The position numbers and the translations under genes are program-made. 61,620 nucleotides of DNA, taken from IMG/VR virus record IMGVR_UViG_3300022921_001235, positions 1-61,620 of that record; one strand, written 5' to 3'. Source of the stretch: a virus. Lineage: Duplodnaviria; Caudoviricetes. Shown piece after piece: positions 8,018-18,067 of this stretch. Positions within the stretch are counted from its first letter, which is position 1, and every line of letters starts with the position of its first letter. The notes beneath the pieces are model-generated. The model had not been told where the DNA came from. It ran no database searches and was given only the letters and a program-made list of their open reading frames with translations.

Positions 8018-10066
8018 TTATTTACTCGTCGCAACAAAAATTCCATTCCAATCCGGTGGTAGGTCCTGTGTTTTCATATACTCACAGCGTTCAATCCACA
8101 TATCGTAATAGCCTTCCATTTGGCCATCAAACGATCTACGTATTATTTTACATTGTTCAATGGCTTCATCAAACAGTTGCATCTGATATAGTCCATGCAT
8201 ATCTTTGTGATGTTTTTGTGTAATTTTCCATGTATCTTTTACATTATCGAGCACTGTATAAATGCTCAATCCAACACTCTTGCCTTTTACTTGTAAGTCA
8301 TCTACTTTAAGATAGAAGAAGTCATCCTTTGTTGCTTCATAAGTTGCTTCGCCTACAAGTAATAAGCATCCGTACTCTTTACACTTGCTTTCTACTCTAG
8401 CGGCGGTGCTTACAGCGTCTCCAAGGACATCATATGAATGACGTTTAGTACTTCCCATCTCACCAAGGTATCCCAACCCTGTGTTGATGCCAGCGCCCAT
8501 ACCAACAGCAGGACGACCATCAGGTATAATAACTTCTTCATTAAACTTCTCCACTGCTTTAAGCATGTCTAAGCCACACTGTACTGCTGTCTTAGCGTGG
8601 TTAGGATCATCTATGGGTGCATTGTGTATGTGCATACTTGCATCGCCTATATACTTGATAATCATTCCGTCTGCGTCTAGCACTGGCTCTGTAATAGCAT
8701 CCATGTAGCCATTCATAATACGTGTGAGTCCTTGTACGTCATCTCCAAAACTTTCACCTAATGGTGTAAAGCCACGCAGGTCTGAGAACACAATCGACAC
8801 TTCTTTCTTAGTACCCTTCTTGATAAGGTCTGGGTTTTCCTGTAGCAGTTTAACCACTGTAGGGCTTGCGTATCCAGCAAACTGTTTCTTGATTGCGTTC
8901 TTCTGTAAGAATTCATCTACAAACTTGATTACGTATCTTTTTAATCCAACTAACAATAAAAACGCTGCTGGTATAAATCCATCAATCAACAGGTTTTGCG
9001 TAGCAAACATATAGTAACTAAAATAAACACCTCCACCCACGGACAACACAAAGAAGGCTATGCCTACGTATGTCCAACGGGCGAGGCCGATTAACAGTAA
9101 GCCGGCTATAACTAGAGCTGCTAGTTCTGCCCACTGTTCTGCGTCTGGGTGTCTTGATATATTCGATTCGTTAAACACTGTGCCTAGCATTGCTGCTTGT
9201 ACTTCGTGTGGAAACACGCTGCCTGCTGCTGTTGCTAGTGGCTGTGTAAGCCCTGCTGCTGTTGGTCCTACAAACACAATAGCGCCAGCAAAGTCATCTG
9301 GTAAGTCTACTGCGCTCACGCTTTTACTACGCTGACTCCAATCTATCCATACTTCGCCTGTTGGATTTGTTTGTATAACACCAAACTGCGGTATGCGTAG
9401 TTTGTCTACACCCATTGGGCTTAGTTTTATTTGAAACGAGGGATCGCCTGCTAGTACACGTAACACTTCCATTGTAACATTTGGATACAGTGTTCCGCTA
9501 GACTCTACTACAAGAGGTATGCGTCTTGTTACACCGTCTATTTCTGGCCAACTGTTTGTAATACCTGATCCAACCGCAGTATATTCAATGTCTGGAACAT
9601 TTGCGATAATTCCTGGAACGCTGGGTATAGTATAAAGATAGTCGCTGTTAACGATAGTAGCACCAGGATTAATTGGTTCATTTTTGTTCTCCTCAGATCC
9701 CAGCATTGTTACAATCACTGGGTATTGTTGCATTATTTCAGCAAGTGCAGCGTCTTGCCCACTCCTGTCTGTCTCCGACATCAACACATTAAACACCACA
9801 AGTCCAGCGCCTCTGGCATACAAATCCTCTATAAGGGCAGCATAATCACCTCTCGGCCACGGCCATTGTCCGTAAGCCTCTAAACTCGGTTCATCGATGT
9901 TTACTGTGTAAATGTTGTTTTCAACAGGTTGTTGATTGATTATCAGTGTGTCGAAATATCTTAGTTTTATACTTTCTAAGAAAGGCGGATTGATACTATA
10001 CACCCATGCTAGTAATCCTAGTAGTAATACACTCCATACGGGCGAAAATAAAACTTTACGCATCAT
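8018..10066 (-). CDS. CHASE2-domain class III adenylate cyclase
   Basis: IDE..L..YGQWPWPR and DGVTRRIPL (CHASE2), TM helices, then FSDLRGFT, KYIGDA, GINTG, GEMGS..R.SYDVLGDAV, VKGK. Confidence 0.93.
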   Translation of the reverse strand: MMRKVLFSPVWSVLLLGLLAWVYSINPPFLESIKLRYFDTLIINQQPVENNIYTVNIDEPSLEAYGQWPWPRGDYAALIEDLYARGAGLVVFNVLMSETDRSGQDAALAEIMQQYPVIVTMLGSEENKNEPINPGATIVNSDYLYTIPSVPGIIANVPDIEYTAVGSGITNSWPEIDGVTRRIPLVVESSGTLYPNVTMEVLRVLAGDPSFQIKLSPMGVDKLRIPQFGVIQTNPTGEVWIDWSQRSKSVSAVDLPDDFAGAIVFVGPTAAGLTQPLATAAGSVFPHEVQAAMLGTVFNESNISRHPDAEQWAELAALVIAGLLLIGLARWTYVGIAFFVLSVGGGVYFSYYMFATQNLLIDGFIPAAFLLLVGLKRYVIKFVDEFLQKNAIKKQFAGYASPTVVKLLQENPDLIKKGTKKEVSIVFSDLRGFTPLGESFGDDVQGLTRIMNGYMDAITEPVLDADGMIIKYIGDASMHIHNAPIDDPNHAKTAVQCGLDMLKAVEKFNEEVIIPDGRPAVGMGAGINTGLGYLGEMGSTKRHSYDVLGDAVSTAARVESKCKEYGCLLLVGEATYEATKDDFFYLKVDDLQVKGKSVGLSIYTVLDNVKDTWKITQKHHKDMHGLYQMQLFDEAIEQCKIIRRSFDGQMEGYYDMWIERCEYMKTQDLPPDWNGIFVATSK

Positions 10067-10383
10067 TTTTTCTTTCCTAACAGTTTTGCTTTCATTGCAG
10101 CCAGCTCTTGCTGTTTTTTTATTGCGGCTTGATCGGACGGGGTCGATAGTTTGGGTTCTTCACTCCTGGTGTGTACTCCACCACTGGGTTGTAACTCATC
10201 TTTTGTATTTTTTTCAATTGTTGATGTCTTATGATTAAGGCTGGCTCGGAGTTTTGCAATTCGGTGCTTTCGCTCGTGTTCTTGTTGTTGTCTAAGTTTT
10301 TCAATTATGCCCTCCTCAATTCTTTTATCAATCAACTGATTGATATAATCTTCTAATATCCATATGAAAAATCTTTGTATCAT
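10063..10383 (-). CDS. hypothetical coiled-coil protein
   Basis: Likely start MIQRFF at 10383; overlaps the cyclase start. Confidence 0.5.
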   Translation of the reverse strand: MIQRFFIWILEDYINQLIDKRIEEGIIEKLRQQQEHERKHRIAKLRASLNHKTSTIEKNTKDELQPSGGVHTRSEEPKLSTPSDQAAIKKQQELAAMKAKLLGKKK

Positions 10384-10390
10384 ACAGTAT

Positions 10391-10558
10391 TTACTCTCCG
10401 CAGTATATATAGTTACATGGATTGAGAGTAAAATCCATATTGTAACCAACTTGTGCCCAATATGGAGCAGCAGGATCAAAAACTGCACCTACAAACATTA
10501 TAACACCTATGAATCCAGGAATCAAACATATAGATAATATATCAGTTAATTTTTTCAT
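10391..10558 (-). CDS. small membrane protein
   Basis: MKKLTDILS... with a TM helix; SD GAGG. Confidence 0.5.
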   Translation of the reverse strand: MKKLTDILSICLIPGFIGVIMFVGAVFDPAAPYWAQVGYNMDFTLNPCNYIYCGE

Positions 10559-10606
10559 AATAAAGCCCTCAATGGTATTTACCAAAGAGGGCTCCATAAT
10601 ATACGC

Positions 10607-12436
10607 TTAGAACTTGAAAGTTAAACCAGCACTTAGGAATGTACTAGTGTTGTCGCCTGCTATTTTGCGGTTTGCACTAGCACCGATAGCAATACGATCA
10701 TTGATTGATTTTTCAATGCCTACTCCGATCTGTGTTGTGTCTGCGTCATCAAATGCTTTGCTGATACCAATGTCTAGTATACCTGCTTCAATGTTTAACC
10801 CAACAGTTGCATAGTTGTACGACTCGTCGCCTTCTGTATGATCTAGGATAGCTTGAATATCTCCAGTTTCTGTCCATGCATCAGTGCTGCGCTTGCCAAC
10901 GGTATAACCTGCCCAAGGACGAACAGCACCAGTTGATTTCTCTACAGTTAGTGTGCTCCATGTATCTGTTGCACTAGTTGAACCTGCTGCATCAAAGTCG
11001 CCGATGTTTCTGTTGTATGCTAAATCTGTGCTTGTAGTGTTTAGCATACCAGTTACAGTAACTCCGCGGCTGTCAATGTGTTTGCTTGCTTCAAAGCTCA
11101 ACATTGTGGTGTTGCTAGTACTATTTGAATCTGTGCCTTGCATTGTAGTATCAATCTTAGCAATACCTGCGCCTAGTGTTAGCAAACTGTCAGTTGTTAC
11201 TCTGCCGCCAAGTTGTGCTAGATTTGAACTAGCACTGTAACCGTTGCCCATATCATGATTAATACGACCGCCTTCTAATCCACTGCCTATTCTAACATTT
11301 CTATGTGGTGCTAGATTTGTTATCTGTGTTACTTGGTCTACACGCCCTGTAAAGCTACCAGGATCTGTTACTGCAACTACAGGTGTTCCCAACGAAGCGT
11401 CACTGTATACATCCCATGTGCTAGTTGAAGTTTCTCTGGCAATAGTTTGTACACCATCTGCTGTTGTGCTACTGTGTGTTGTTACACTTGAACTTGCACT
11501 GCCTACAACTGTTGGTGCTGCTGGTTCTGTAGATCCGCTTGCTGCGTCTGTGGCACTTCCTACATCTTCTAGTGTGCCTGTAGTAATATCAACGCCGCCG
11601 CCTGCGCCGCCTGCAATAGCTGTTGATGCCGCATCAAACGCACTTGGTCCAAAGATATAAGCATAGTTAGCTGTTACGATATCGCCTGCTACCAAGCCAG
11701 TCCATTCCCAACCTAGACCTATAGTATCGTCGCCGTTGCCTACAGTATAGTCGCCGCCTGTTGCATAGTCATTAGGGTCTGTGCTCCATCCGCTACTAAT
11801 ACCAGCGCCTACATTGCTGTCTGTTGAATACAAACCTAGTGCATAGCGTGAAACAGTTGCTTCTGAGAACACAACATTTGCTTCTGGAATAGTTCCGTAT
11901 CCTAGTACGTTGTCTGTAGCACTTGTATCGCCTGCTGCTGGCATTGCATCTGGATCAATAAAGCGTCCAAATCTTAGCGTAGTGATAGCTGTCTGTGCTG
12001 TAATACCGGTTGTGATGTCAATGTATTCTTGTCCGCTTGGCAGACTGTATGTGTTGGTCATATCAAATACACCGGTTACTCCGCCGCTCCACGTTGCACT
12101 GTCTGCTGTTGGAGTTCCTGTCCAGCCATTACTTGCAATGCCGCTGGCGCCACCGGAGTTATTGTTGGTGTATGCTATGCCATCAACATCAACTGTAAAT
12201 CCATCAAATGGTGCACCAGGTGTTAAGTAGTCACCTTGTTCGCCGTCTGCTGGAAATGTGCTAGTTCCAGTTGAATCATATTGTAGTCCTGGGCGTGTAT
12301 TACCACCCGAACCAAATGTGCCTGTTGTTTCATTTACGCCGGCTCGGACGTATTCGTTTTCTATTATTACATTATCTGCTAATGCAGTAGTAGATAGTAG
12401 TGCAGCTAGTACGCTGCTTATTATTATTACCCTCAT
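10607..12436 (-). CDS. autotransporter-like outer-membrane protein
   Basis: Signal peptide, G/T/S-rich passenger, C-terminal amphipathic strands (VRPWAGY, AWTETG) ending in Phe (LTFKF). Confidence 0.7.
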   Translation of the reverse strand: MRVIIISSVLAALLSTTALADNVIIENEYVRAGVNETTGTFGSGGNTRPGLQYDSTGTSTFPADGEQGDYLTPGAPFDGFTVDVDGIAYTNNNSGGASGIASNGWTGTPTADSATWSGGVTGVFDMTNTYSLPSGQEYIDITTGITAQTAITTLRFGRFIDPDAMPAAGDTSATDNVLGYGTIPEANVVFSEATVSRYALGLYSTDSNVGAGISSGWSTDPNDYATGGDYTVGNGDDTIGLGWEWTGLVAGDIVTANYAYIFGPSAFDAASTAIAGGAGGGVDITTGTLEDVGSATDAASGSTEPAAPTVVGSASSSVTTHSSTTADGVQTIARETSTSTWDVYSDASLGTPVVAVTDPGSFTGRVDQVTQITNLAPHRNVRIGSGLEGGRINHDMGNGYSASSNLAQLGGRVTTDSLLTLGAGIAKIDTTMQGTDSNSTSNTTMLSFEASKHIDSRGVTVTGMLNTTSTDLAYNRNIGDFDAAGSTSATDTWSTLTVEKSTGAVRPWAGYTVGKRSTDAWTETGDIQAILDHTEGDESYNYATVGLNIEAGILDIGISKAFDDADTTQIGVGIEKSINDRIAIGASANRKIAGDNTSTFLSAGLTFKF

Positions 12437-12464
12437 TATTTTCCCTCCATGAGATATTTACATC

Positions 12465-12821
12465 TTATTTAAGTTGTAGTTCTATTCCTAAAACTACACC
12501 TATATTGTTGTTTTCTTCGCCATATGATTCTATTGTTGGTGCAGCGAACATTATAACATTATCATTTATGTCGTATGTACCTCTTACCATTGGTGCTAGT
12601 TCTCCGTATGCCGGATATCCTGTAACTAGACTAAACTCAACACCCAAACGGTCTGTTGGCTCTAATCTATATCCACCGTAGAAACTGATTCTGTCAACGC
12701 TGTTGTAGTAGGCACCAGCAATAGCACCGTCCTCGTAAAATCTCACATGGGGGTGTATCTCGTTGTAATCACGCTCCAGTCCCATATGTGTAGTTAATGC
12801 TAGTGCCCAAATAAAATCCAT
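12465..12821 (-). CDS. small outer-membrane beta-barrel-like protein
   Basis: YNE.HP...GAYYNS..R.SFYGG...VTGY alternating beta pattern (PagP-like). Confidence 0.5.
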   Translation of the reverse strand: MDFIWALALTTHMGLERDYNEIHPHVRFYEDGAIAGAYYNSVDRISFYGGYRLEPTDRLGVEFSLVTGYPAYGELAPMVRGTYDINDNVIMFAAPTIESYGEENNNIGVVLGIELQLK

Positions 12822-12840
12822 TGTATTGCCCTCATAGTAT

Positions 12841-13179
12841 TTAGTACTGCGTAACTGTTACAACACATCCTGCGCTGTTGGTACAATAGTTGTTTAATAT
12901 ATAACTTAAATTGTCGCCGCTTTGTAGCACACTGATATCTGTAGGATAATCTCCGTCTATGGTGATACTGCTAACATTACCGTTGCCATCTTGTACAACT
13001 TCAATAATATGTTCGTCGCCAGTGATATCAAGGTCTAAATCGTTATCAGATCCATTCTTTTGTATTAGTGTCATTTCAAAACTGTCACCAAATGCTTGTA
13101 AAAAAATATCATTAGCTTTACTGCTGTGTGATACTAATGCTGTTGCTGCCGCCAACGCCAACACGATAACCGTACGCAT
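12841..13179 (-). CDS. curlin-like secreted protein (CsgB-like)
   Basis: Signal peptide; xIxQxGxxN repeats (VVQDGNGN, VLQSGDN); C-terminal CTNSAGC; SD AGGAGG. Confidence 0.7.
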   Translation of the reverse strand: MRTVIVLALAAATALVSHSSKANDIFLQAFGDSFEMTLIQKNGSDNDLDLDITGDEHIIEVVQDGNGNVSSITIDGDYPTDISVLQSGDNLSYILNNYCTNSAGCVVTVTQY

Positions 13180-14212
13180 TGAATCCCTCCTGTACTATAT
13201 CTATTGTATAACTGTCGTCTACAAACAGTTCCAGTCTAAAAAAATGATCATCACCTTGCTTGCGCTCTACAATGTAGTTGGGAGTTTCATCATAAAATAT
13301 ATTTGTTTCTGGATCTAATCCTCTAAAACGCTCTGCAAACAACTCTATATTTTGTGAAGATAATTCGTCGATCCACTTTGCTAGAATTTCTTGTAGTTGT
13401 CTTTCCATTTCATCTGCAAAATCATATTTTAAAAAACTATTATTGTCTAAATCTGTAACCCAAAGATTTTTTATACCTTCTACCAATGGATCTCTGTCTA
13501 ATTCATCATATTTTAAAAAGTCAATATCCAACAAGTTTGTAACTGGGTATTGCCTTTCTATTTCTTCATCGTAAGGTTGTTTGTTACGCACAATCAACAT
13601 TGCTCTCAGCATATCACTTGGCAGTTCTAGTATCACTGGGTTAGCAGGTGTGTCCCATCTGCTTTTTACCACTGTTGTTTCAAACGCTTGGTTCATTATA
13701 ACTGTGCCTACATCGCTTTCAACTGATATTTCGCCTACAACACAAGCGCCTGTATTATCACAACTTGGTAGTAGTGTAATCATACTGCCGCCTATTTCAT
13801 CTACAATCATCATAAAGTCTGTGCCACGCACGTTAATGGTAGCACTAGGTGTTCTTATGTTTACTCTTTGTCTGCTGTTCTTTGCTATTTGTCCACTAGC
13901 ATATCTCACTGCACCTAGTGTGGCTCGCATACCTAATGTGCCTTTACCAGTTGCAGGATCGTATATAAATTCGTCTATAACCATACGGCTATGTTCGGTA
14001 ACATCTACACGAGTTTCATCTTCAAACTCCAGTTGCCATGCACCGTCTCGGGTGGTAATAGCATCTTGCATTTCTAAGCCTGTGCCAACATCACCTGTAA
14101 TCTTGTCGTTTTCTCTTTTGATTGTGCCTGGGCCAGTGCTTGCGGTTATTTCACCTATACTGGCCCAAGCATTTGTTGATATTAATATCAACACTAGAAT
14201 GATTCTAATCAT
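13118..14212 (-). CDS. FecR-domain secreted/periplasmic protein
   Basis: Signal peptide; D.ITT, F.DET.V...HS...ID, TPSATINVRGTDF, G.I.V. Confidence 0.85.
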   Translation of the reverse strand: MIRIILVLILISTNAWASIGEITASTGPGTIKRENDKITGDVGTGLEMQDAITTRDGAWQLEFEDETRVDVTEHSRMVIDEFIYDPATGKGTLGMRATLGAVRYASGQIAKNSRQRVNIRTPSATINVRGTDFMMIVDEIGGSMITLLPSCDNTGACVVGEISVESDVGTVIMNQAFETTVVKSRWDTPANPVILELPSDMLRAMLIVRNKQPYDEEIERQYPVTNLLDIDFLKYDELDRDPLVEGIKNLWVTDLDNNSFLKYDFADEMERQLQEILAKWIDELSSQNIELFAERFRGLDPETNIFYDETPNYIVERKQGDDHFFRLELFVDDSYTIDIVQEGFNAYGYRVGVGGSNSISITQQ

Positions 14213-14949
14213 CAGTCACTCTGTGTTATATCTACGCTTTGGTCATCGCCGTCAAATGTAGCAGTCAACATATTATCGTTGATGCCGCTTTGAGTGATAT
14301 TGTAATAACTGCCGCCACCTGTAATAGTTAAGTCTATTGTGTGTCCAATAACGTCTCCGTCACCAGTTACATCAATATCAATAACATTACCTGTTGTGCC
14401 TGTAGCACCTGTCAGTGTTCCGTTTGTACCTGGACCTACTGCTGCACTTGATGTGTTGTCGACTACTACATCAATATCAGCACTTTGTCCATCTACAGTC
14501 ATCTCAACAACATTACCGTCTCCGTCAATAGTAAAGTCAATGCTGCTGCCTGTTGCATCAGCTACTTCGCCTATGTCGAAATCGAGTGTTGTAAAGTCAC
14601 CTTCAATGTCTACATTTAGTGTTACAGTATCACAGTTTCCAGCTGCCGTACTACTACAAAGTAAATCTATATCATTGCTGTCGCCAACTATACTCCAAAG
14701 GCCTGTATAAGTAGCACCTTTGATTGTTGCTGCAATGGTATTTGTATTACCTGTTTGTGTAATGCTAAAAGTCATATCTGCACCTTCTAACACTGCACTT
14801 TGTGTACTGTTGCCGAGTTGATTGTCTTTTCCATCTTGTACAATGTCCAAGTCCAATCCGTCGCCAATTTGCTGGATATAGATTTCATTGGCCGTCGCCG
14901 TCGAAACCCATGCGAATACCATAGCTATTATTATTGCTATTTTTTTCAT
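14212..14949 (-). CDS. curlin-like secreted repeat protein (CsgA/B-like)
   Basis: Signal peptide; NEIYIQQIGD and repeated ITQTGNTN / IVGDSN / IDGDGN units; adjacent to csgG. Confidence 0.75.
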   Translation of the reverse strand: MKKIAIIIAMVFAWVSTATANEIYIQQIGDGLDLDIVQDGKDNQLGNSTQSAVLEGADMTFSITQTGNTNTIAATIKGATYTGLWSIVGDSNDIDLLCSSTAAGNCDTVTLNVDIEGDFTTLDFDIGEVADATGSSIDFTIDGDGNVVEMTVDGQSADIDVVVDNTSSAAVGPGTNGTLTGATGTTGNVIDIDVTGDGDVIGHTIDLTITGGGSYYNITQSGINDNMLTATFDGDDQSVDITQSD

Positions 14950-15023
14950 GGTATATACCCTCCTATAGTAGAGTGCGCCCTCTCTACTAGTGTTATTTAT
15001 AGGTAATCTGGGGTTTTAAACAG

Positions 15024-15806
15024 CTACTCTTTGAAGTTCCAAAGGCCTTTTCGTACACCTTCGTAAATCATCTCAATAACCGTTGCTTCTATAGCACTAC
15101 GAACTGCAATGTTGGTTGGTTCGTTTACAGTATAGCCGGTTTCAATCTCTACTACTTCTGTGCCTAGTTCAATAAACTTGAATACATCTGCACCTGTTCG
15201 ATGACTTGCTATGCTTTTTTCTGCTGCCACGCTTAGTAGCACTCTTCCTGTGCTTACACTTACAATACGCATACCAACAGTAACAGTGTCCACACGATAC
15301 TCTGTGCTGGCTCCTATGCCAAAATATCTAGCACCACTACCGCCTGTTGTTGTATTACTATCATATCCGATAATGCCGCCTTCTAATATAATACCAGCAA
15401 ACTTCATTGGTGATAGTGGAGTTGTTTCTTGTTCGTAGTTTTCTCTTGTGCTTCGTATAAGTTGACGTTCTTTGATAAGGTTATCCATGCCGCCACGTTC
15501 CATTACTTCGAACCAGTCGCCACCGCCCGCATCTAGTAATGCGTCTATTACCCATACTTCTGCACCCTGTGTTACAGCACTGCTCAAACTTGCTGCGCCA
15601 TCTGTAGGTGCTCTCTGTCCTGTTTTATCTGTAAAACTATAAACTCCAATAGTCATAGCAGGACCGTTTATTGCCGGAATATCTCGCAGTTCTGCTGCCA
15701 TTGGGTTGTCTTGCACTGCTGGAGGATTAGAATCCAGCAACGCCTCTGGAGATTTCATAGTGTAACTGCATCCTGCTAGTAATAATATCGGTAATAGTTT
15801 CCACAT
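15024..15806 (-). CDS. csgG: curli secretion channel CsgG
   Basis: Lipobox LLAGC; VYSFTDKTGQR, SSAVTQGA, WFEVMER...L.KERQLIR, LEGGIIGYD, GGSGARYFGIG, NEP. Confidence 0.95.
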   Translation of the reverse strand: MWKLLPILLLAGCSYTMKSPEALLDSNPPAVQDNPMAAELRDIPAINGPAMTIGVYSFTDKTGQRAPTDGAASLSSAVTQGAEVWVIDALLDAGGGDWFEVMERGGMDNLIKERQLIRSTRENYEQETTPLSPMKFAGIILEGGIIGYDSNTTTGGSGARYFGIGASTEYRVDTVTVGMRIVSVSTGRVLLSVAAEKSIASHRTGADVFKFIELGTEVVEIETGYTVNEPTNIAVRSAIEATVIEMIYEGVRKGLWNFKE

Positions 15807-16267
15807 TAGAATGTAAAGTCTCCTGGTCCTGGGATTGTTACTTCAGTATATCCATCTGGGCCATCTACAGTTAGTGTGATACTGCCTGTTTCTTCGTCCT
15901 TGACCCAAGTAATAGTTGCGCCTTCTACTTCTGTGGTGCCGCCGCTTGAACAATCAATGCCTGTGTCTTCTCCGCAAGCTGCAAACATATTGTCCACCAT
16001 CTGCTTTGATAGTGTTGCATAGATGCGTGATTCTAAGTTACGAATGAATTTGTTCAACACACTGTTTTCAAGTTCACGCTCAATACGTGCTGCTTCAGCT
16101 TCTTCGGCTTTGCGTATATCGTCTCTGCGATTGAATTCCAGTTGCTCGATGCTTAGTACATGAGCACTATATCCCTGTCCGCTGAAACTAGGATTGTTGA
16201 AATTGTGAACTAGGTCTGCGCTTGCTATTGTTGGTAGTAGTATTAGAATTGCTAATAAACATTTCAT
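15806..16267 (-). CDS. csgF: curli assembly protein CsgF
   Basis: Signal peptide then LVHNFNNPSFSG (cf. CsgF FQFRNPNFGG); F..NLESRIY..LS; directly upstream of csgG. Confidence 0.88.
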   Translation of the reverse strand: MKCLLAILILLPTIASADLVHNFNNPSFSGQGYSAHVLSIEQLEFNRRDDIRKAEEAEAARIERELENSVLNKFIRNLESRIYATLSKQMVDNMFAACGEDTGIDCSSGGTTEVEGATITWVKDEETGSITLTVDGPDGYTEVTIPGPGDFTF

Positions 16268-16287
16268 TGGAAGCCCTCCAATACTAT

Positions 16288-17358
16288 TTATATCATTGCC
16301 TTGTTAAGTGTAAGCTGCGCCCATTGTTCACGTCCTGCACCTGCTTGTGTAGGAATAATACTAATAGCCAATCCGCCAGCATGTCCACCTTGTCTAAATG
16401 CTGCTAGATCATTTGCATTACGCAACATTGCAGTCTTTTGATTGGGAATACTCATTAGCAACAATGCATCAAAGTTGTCTCTGTTTTTGTACCATTCAAA
16501 GTTTTGTGCTAGATATGTAAGTTCAACTTGACTTGCATCTTCAGTTGTTGCAACTTTGTCTGCAATAGGACCAGCATAGTTTTCCATGTCCATTTGCAAC
16601 AAATCCAGCATCAATGATTTTCTAATCTTTTGATTGTTTGGATCACTTGTAGGAAGATCTGTGTTCAATGCTTGCATAAATGGACCTAGTCCTAAACTAC
16701 CACCTTTGGCACCAATAGCACCAATCACAGTTGGTAGTTTTTCTTTATACTTTTCCAACACTGCACGTTTGGCTTTTTGAGATCCGCCGCCGTATCCAAT
16801 ACGTCCGCCGCTTGAACTCATTGCTGCTTTAAGTTCTACTTTACCAATGCCGTCAATCTCAAGATCACCTTCACCTGCTGCTAGACGCACTTTGTTGGAA
16901 AGGCATGCAAGTCCATATTCGCCTGGACCTTTTTGCTTTTTACCAACACCATATGCCGCTAGTTTTCTAAATGCTGCTGATCCAACTTCGTCGCCAAAGA
17001 CTGCGCTAAACGTGTTTAGTGGTTTTGATAATGCACCAATATCTACTGCGCCACCTTGCTCTAAACGCTTTAGCAATGTATCCATTGTTTTGTAGTCGCT
17101 TTCAATAGTGCTAAAGATTTTTGTCATGTCTTGGCGAATTAATAGTTTTTCTTTGTCGCCCATGTTTTCGTCTTGTAGAGGAATATCAAATGCGCTATCA
17201 ATGTTTGTACTAATAGTTCCACTGTTGAGGATTTTCCAAATTCTATCCAACAAGTTTGCTTCGTCTTGATTGTCAGCACTCAGGCCAGAAATAGTTGATA
17301 TAATCTGTTCTTTTTCTTGTCCTAAGTCTTCATATTCTACAAGGTCTTTATAACGCAT
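16288..17358 (-). CDS. putative PD-(D/E)XK nuclease-fold protein
   Basis: GPGE...GDLEIDG.GKVELK motif. Confidence 0.5.
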   Translation of the reverse strand: MRYKDLVEYEDLGQEKEQIISTISGLSADNQDEANLLDRIWKILNSGTISTNIDSAFDIPLQDENMGDKEKLLIRQDMTKIFSTIESDYKTMDTLLKRLEQGGAVDIGALSKPLNTFSAVFGDEVGSAAFRKLAAYGVGKKQKGPGEYGLACLSNKVRLAAGEGDLEIDGIGKVELKAAMSSSGGRIGYGGGSQKAKRAVLEKYKEKLPTVIGAIGAKGGSLGLGPFMQALNTDLPTSDPNNQKIRKSLMLDLLQMDMENYAGPIADKVATTEDASQVELTYLAQNFEWYKNRDNFDALLLMSIPNQKTAMLRNANDLAAFRQGGHAGGLAISIIPTQAGAGREQWAQLTLNKAMI

Positions 17359-17380
17359 TTTTAACTCCTAAGTAATGTAT

Positions 17381-18067
17381 TTATTCGATATCAGGAAATA
17401 AACATTCTTGTACGAATACTCTTACATCTTCTTCATCGAGTCCTAAACTTGTCATTGTTTTAGGAGTATGTGGATTTTGTTTTTGATAATGTGCATAACG
17501 ATTTTGTGCTGCTTTGCCAGCTTCAGTATTACCTGTTCCGTTGTAGGAACCAATGTATTCTAAATAGTTGTCAATACTGTCAAAACTTAGTTCCACAAGT
17601 TGTTCTAGTTCTTCAGTGCTGTTTACATTACCTGCTGCAACCATATGTTTAGTAAATATAGCCTTTGCCCATTCTGGTAATTCACGTGGCTTGCGCCATT
17701 CTAGTTTTGCTACTTCATCTCCAAAATCATCAATCATTTCATGATACTCCAAAGACGTTGGAGAGTAATCATGGAAGTAACCTGTGATTTTGTTTTTACC
17801 TGCAATAACATCTAATCCAAAGATAGGACCGTCATTGTCCAAGTGAGGAAACACACAGCAATGCATCATCCACAAACCTTTGCTGTCTCGTGCATCAACT
17901 ACGTCAATGTGGGCTCTACGATAGTTCTCACTGGTCCATACACGGTTGATCCAACCTGGTTGATTAAATCTATCCATGCCCATTTCGTTGTATTCTTGAC
18001 CAGTTGCATCAAAACGTTCGATCAATCTATCTTGTATTTTAATCAGTGTATCCCAAACTTCACTCAC
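17381..18067 (-). CDS. ferredoxin-dependent bilin reductase (PcyA/PcyX family)
   Basis: RRAHIDV, MMHCCVFP, PIFGLDVI, FHDYSP, RELPEWA.AIF, Q..Y...QKQNPHT; adjacent to heme oxygenase. Confidence 0.9.
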   Translation of the reverse strand: MSEVWDTLIKIQDRLIERFDATGQEYNEMGMDRFNQPGWINRVWTSENYRRAHIDVVDARDSKGLWMMHCCVFPHLDNDGPIFGLDVIAGKNKITGYFHDYSPTSLEYHEMIDDFGDEVAKLEWRKPRELPEWAKAIFTKHMVAAGNVNSTEELEQLVELSFDSIDNYLEYIGSYNGTGNTEAGKAAQNRYAHYQKQNPHTPKTMTSLGLDEEDVRVFVQECLFPDIE

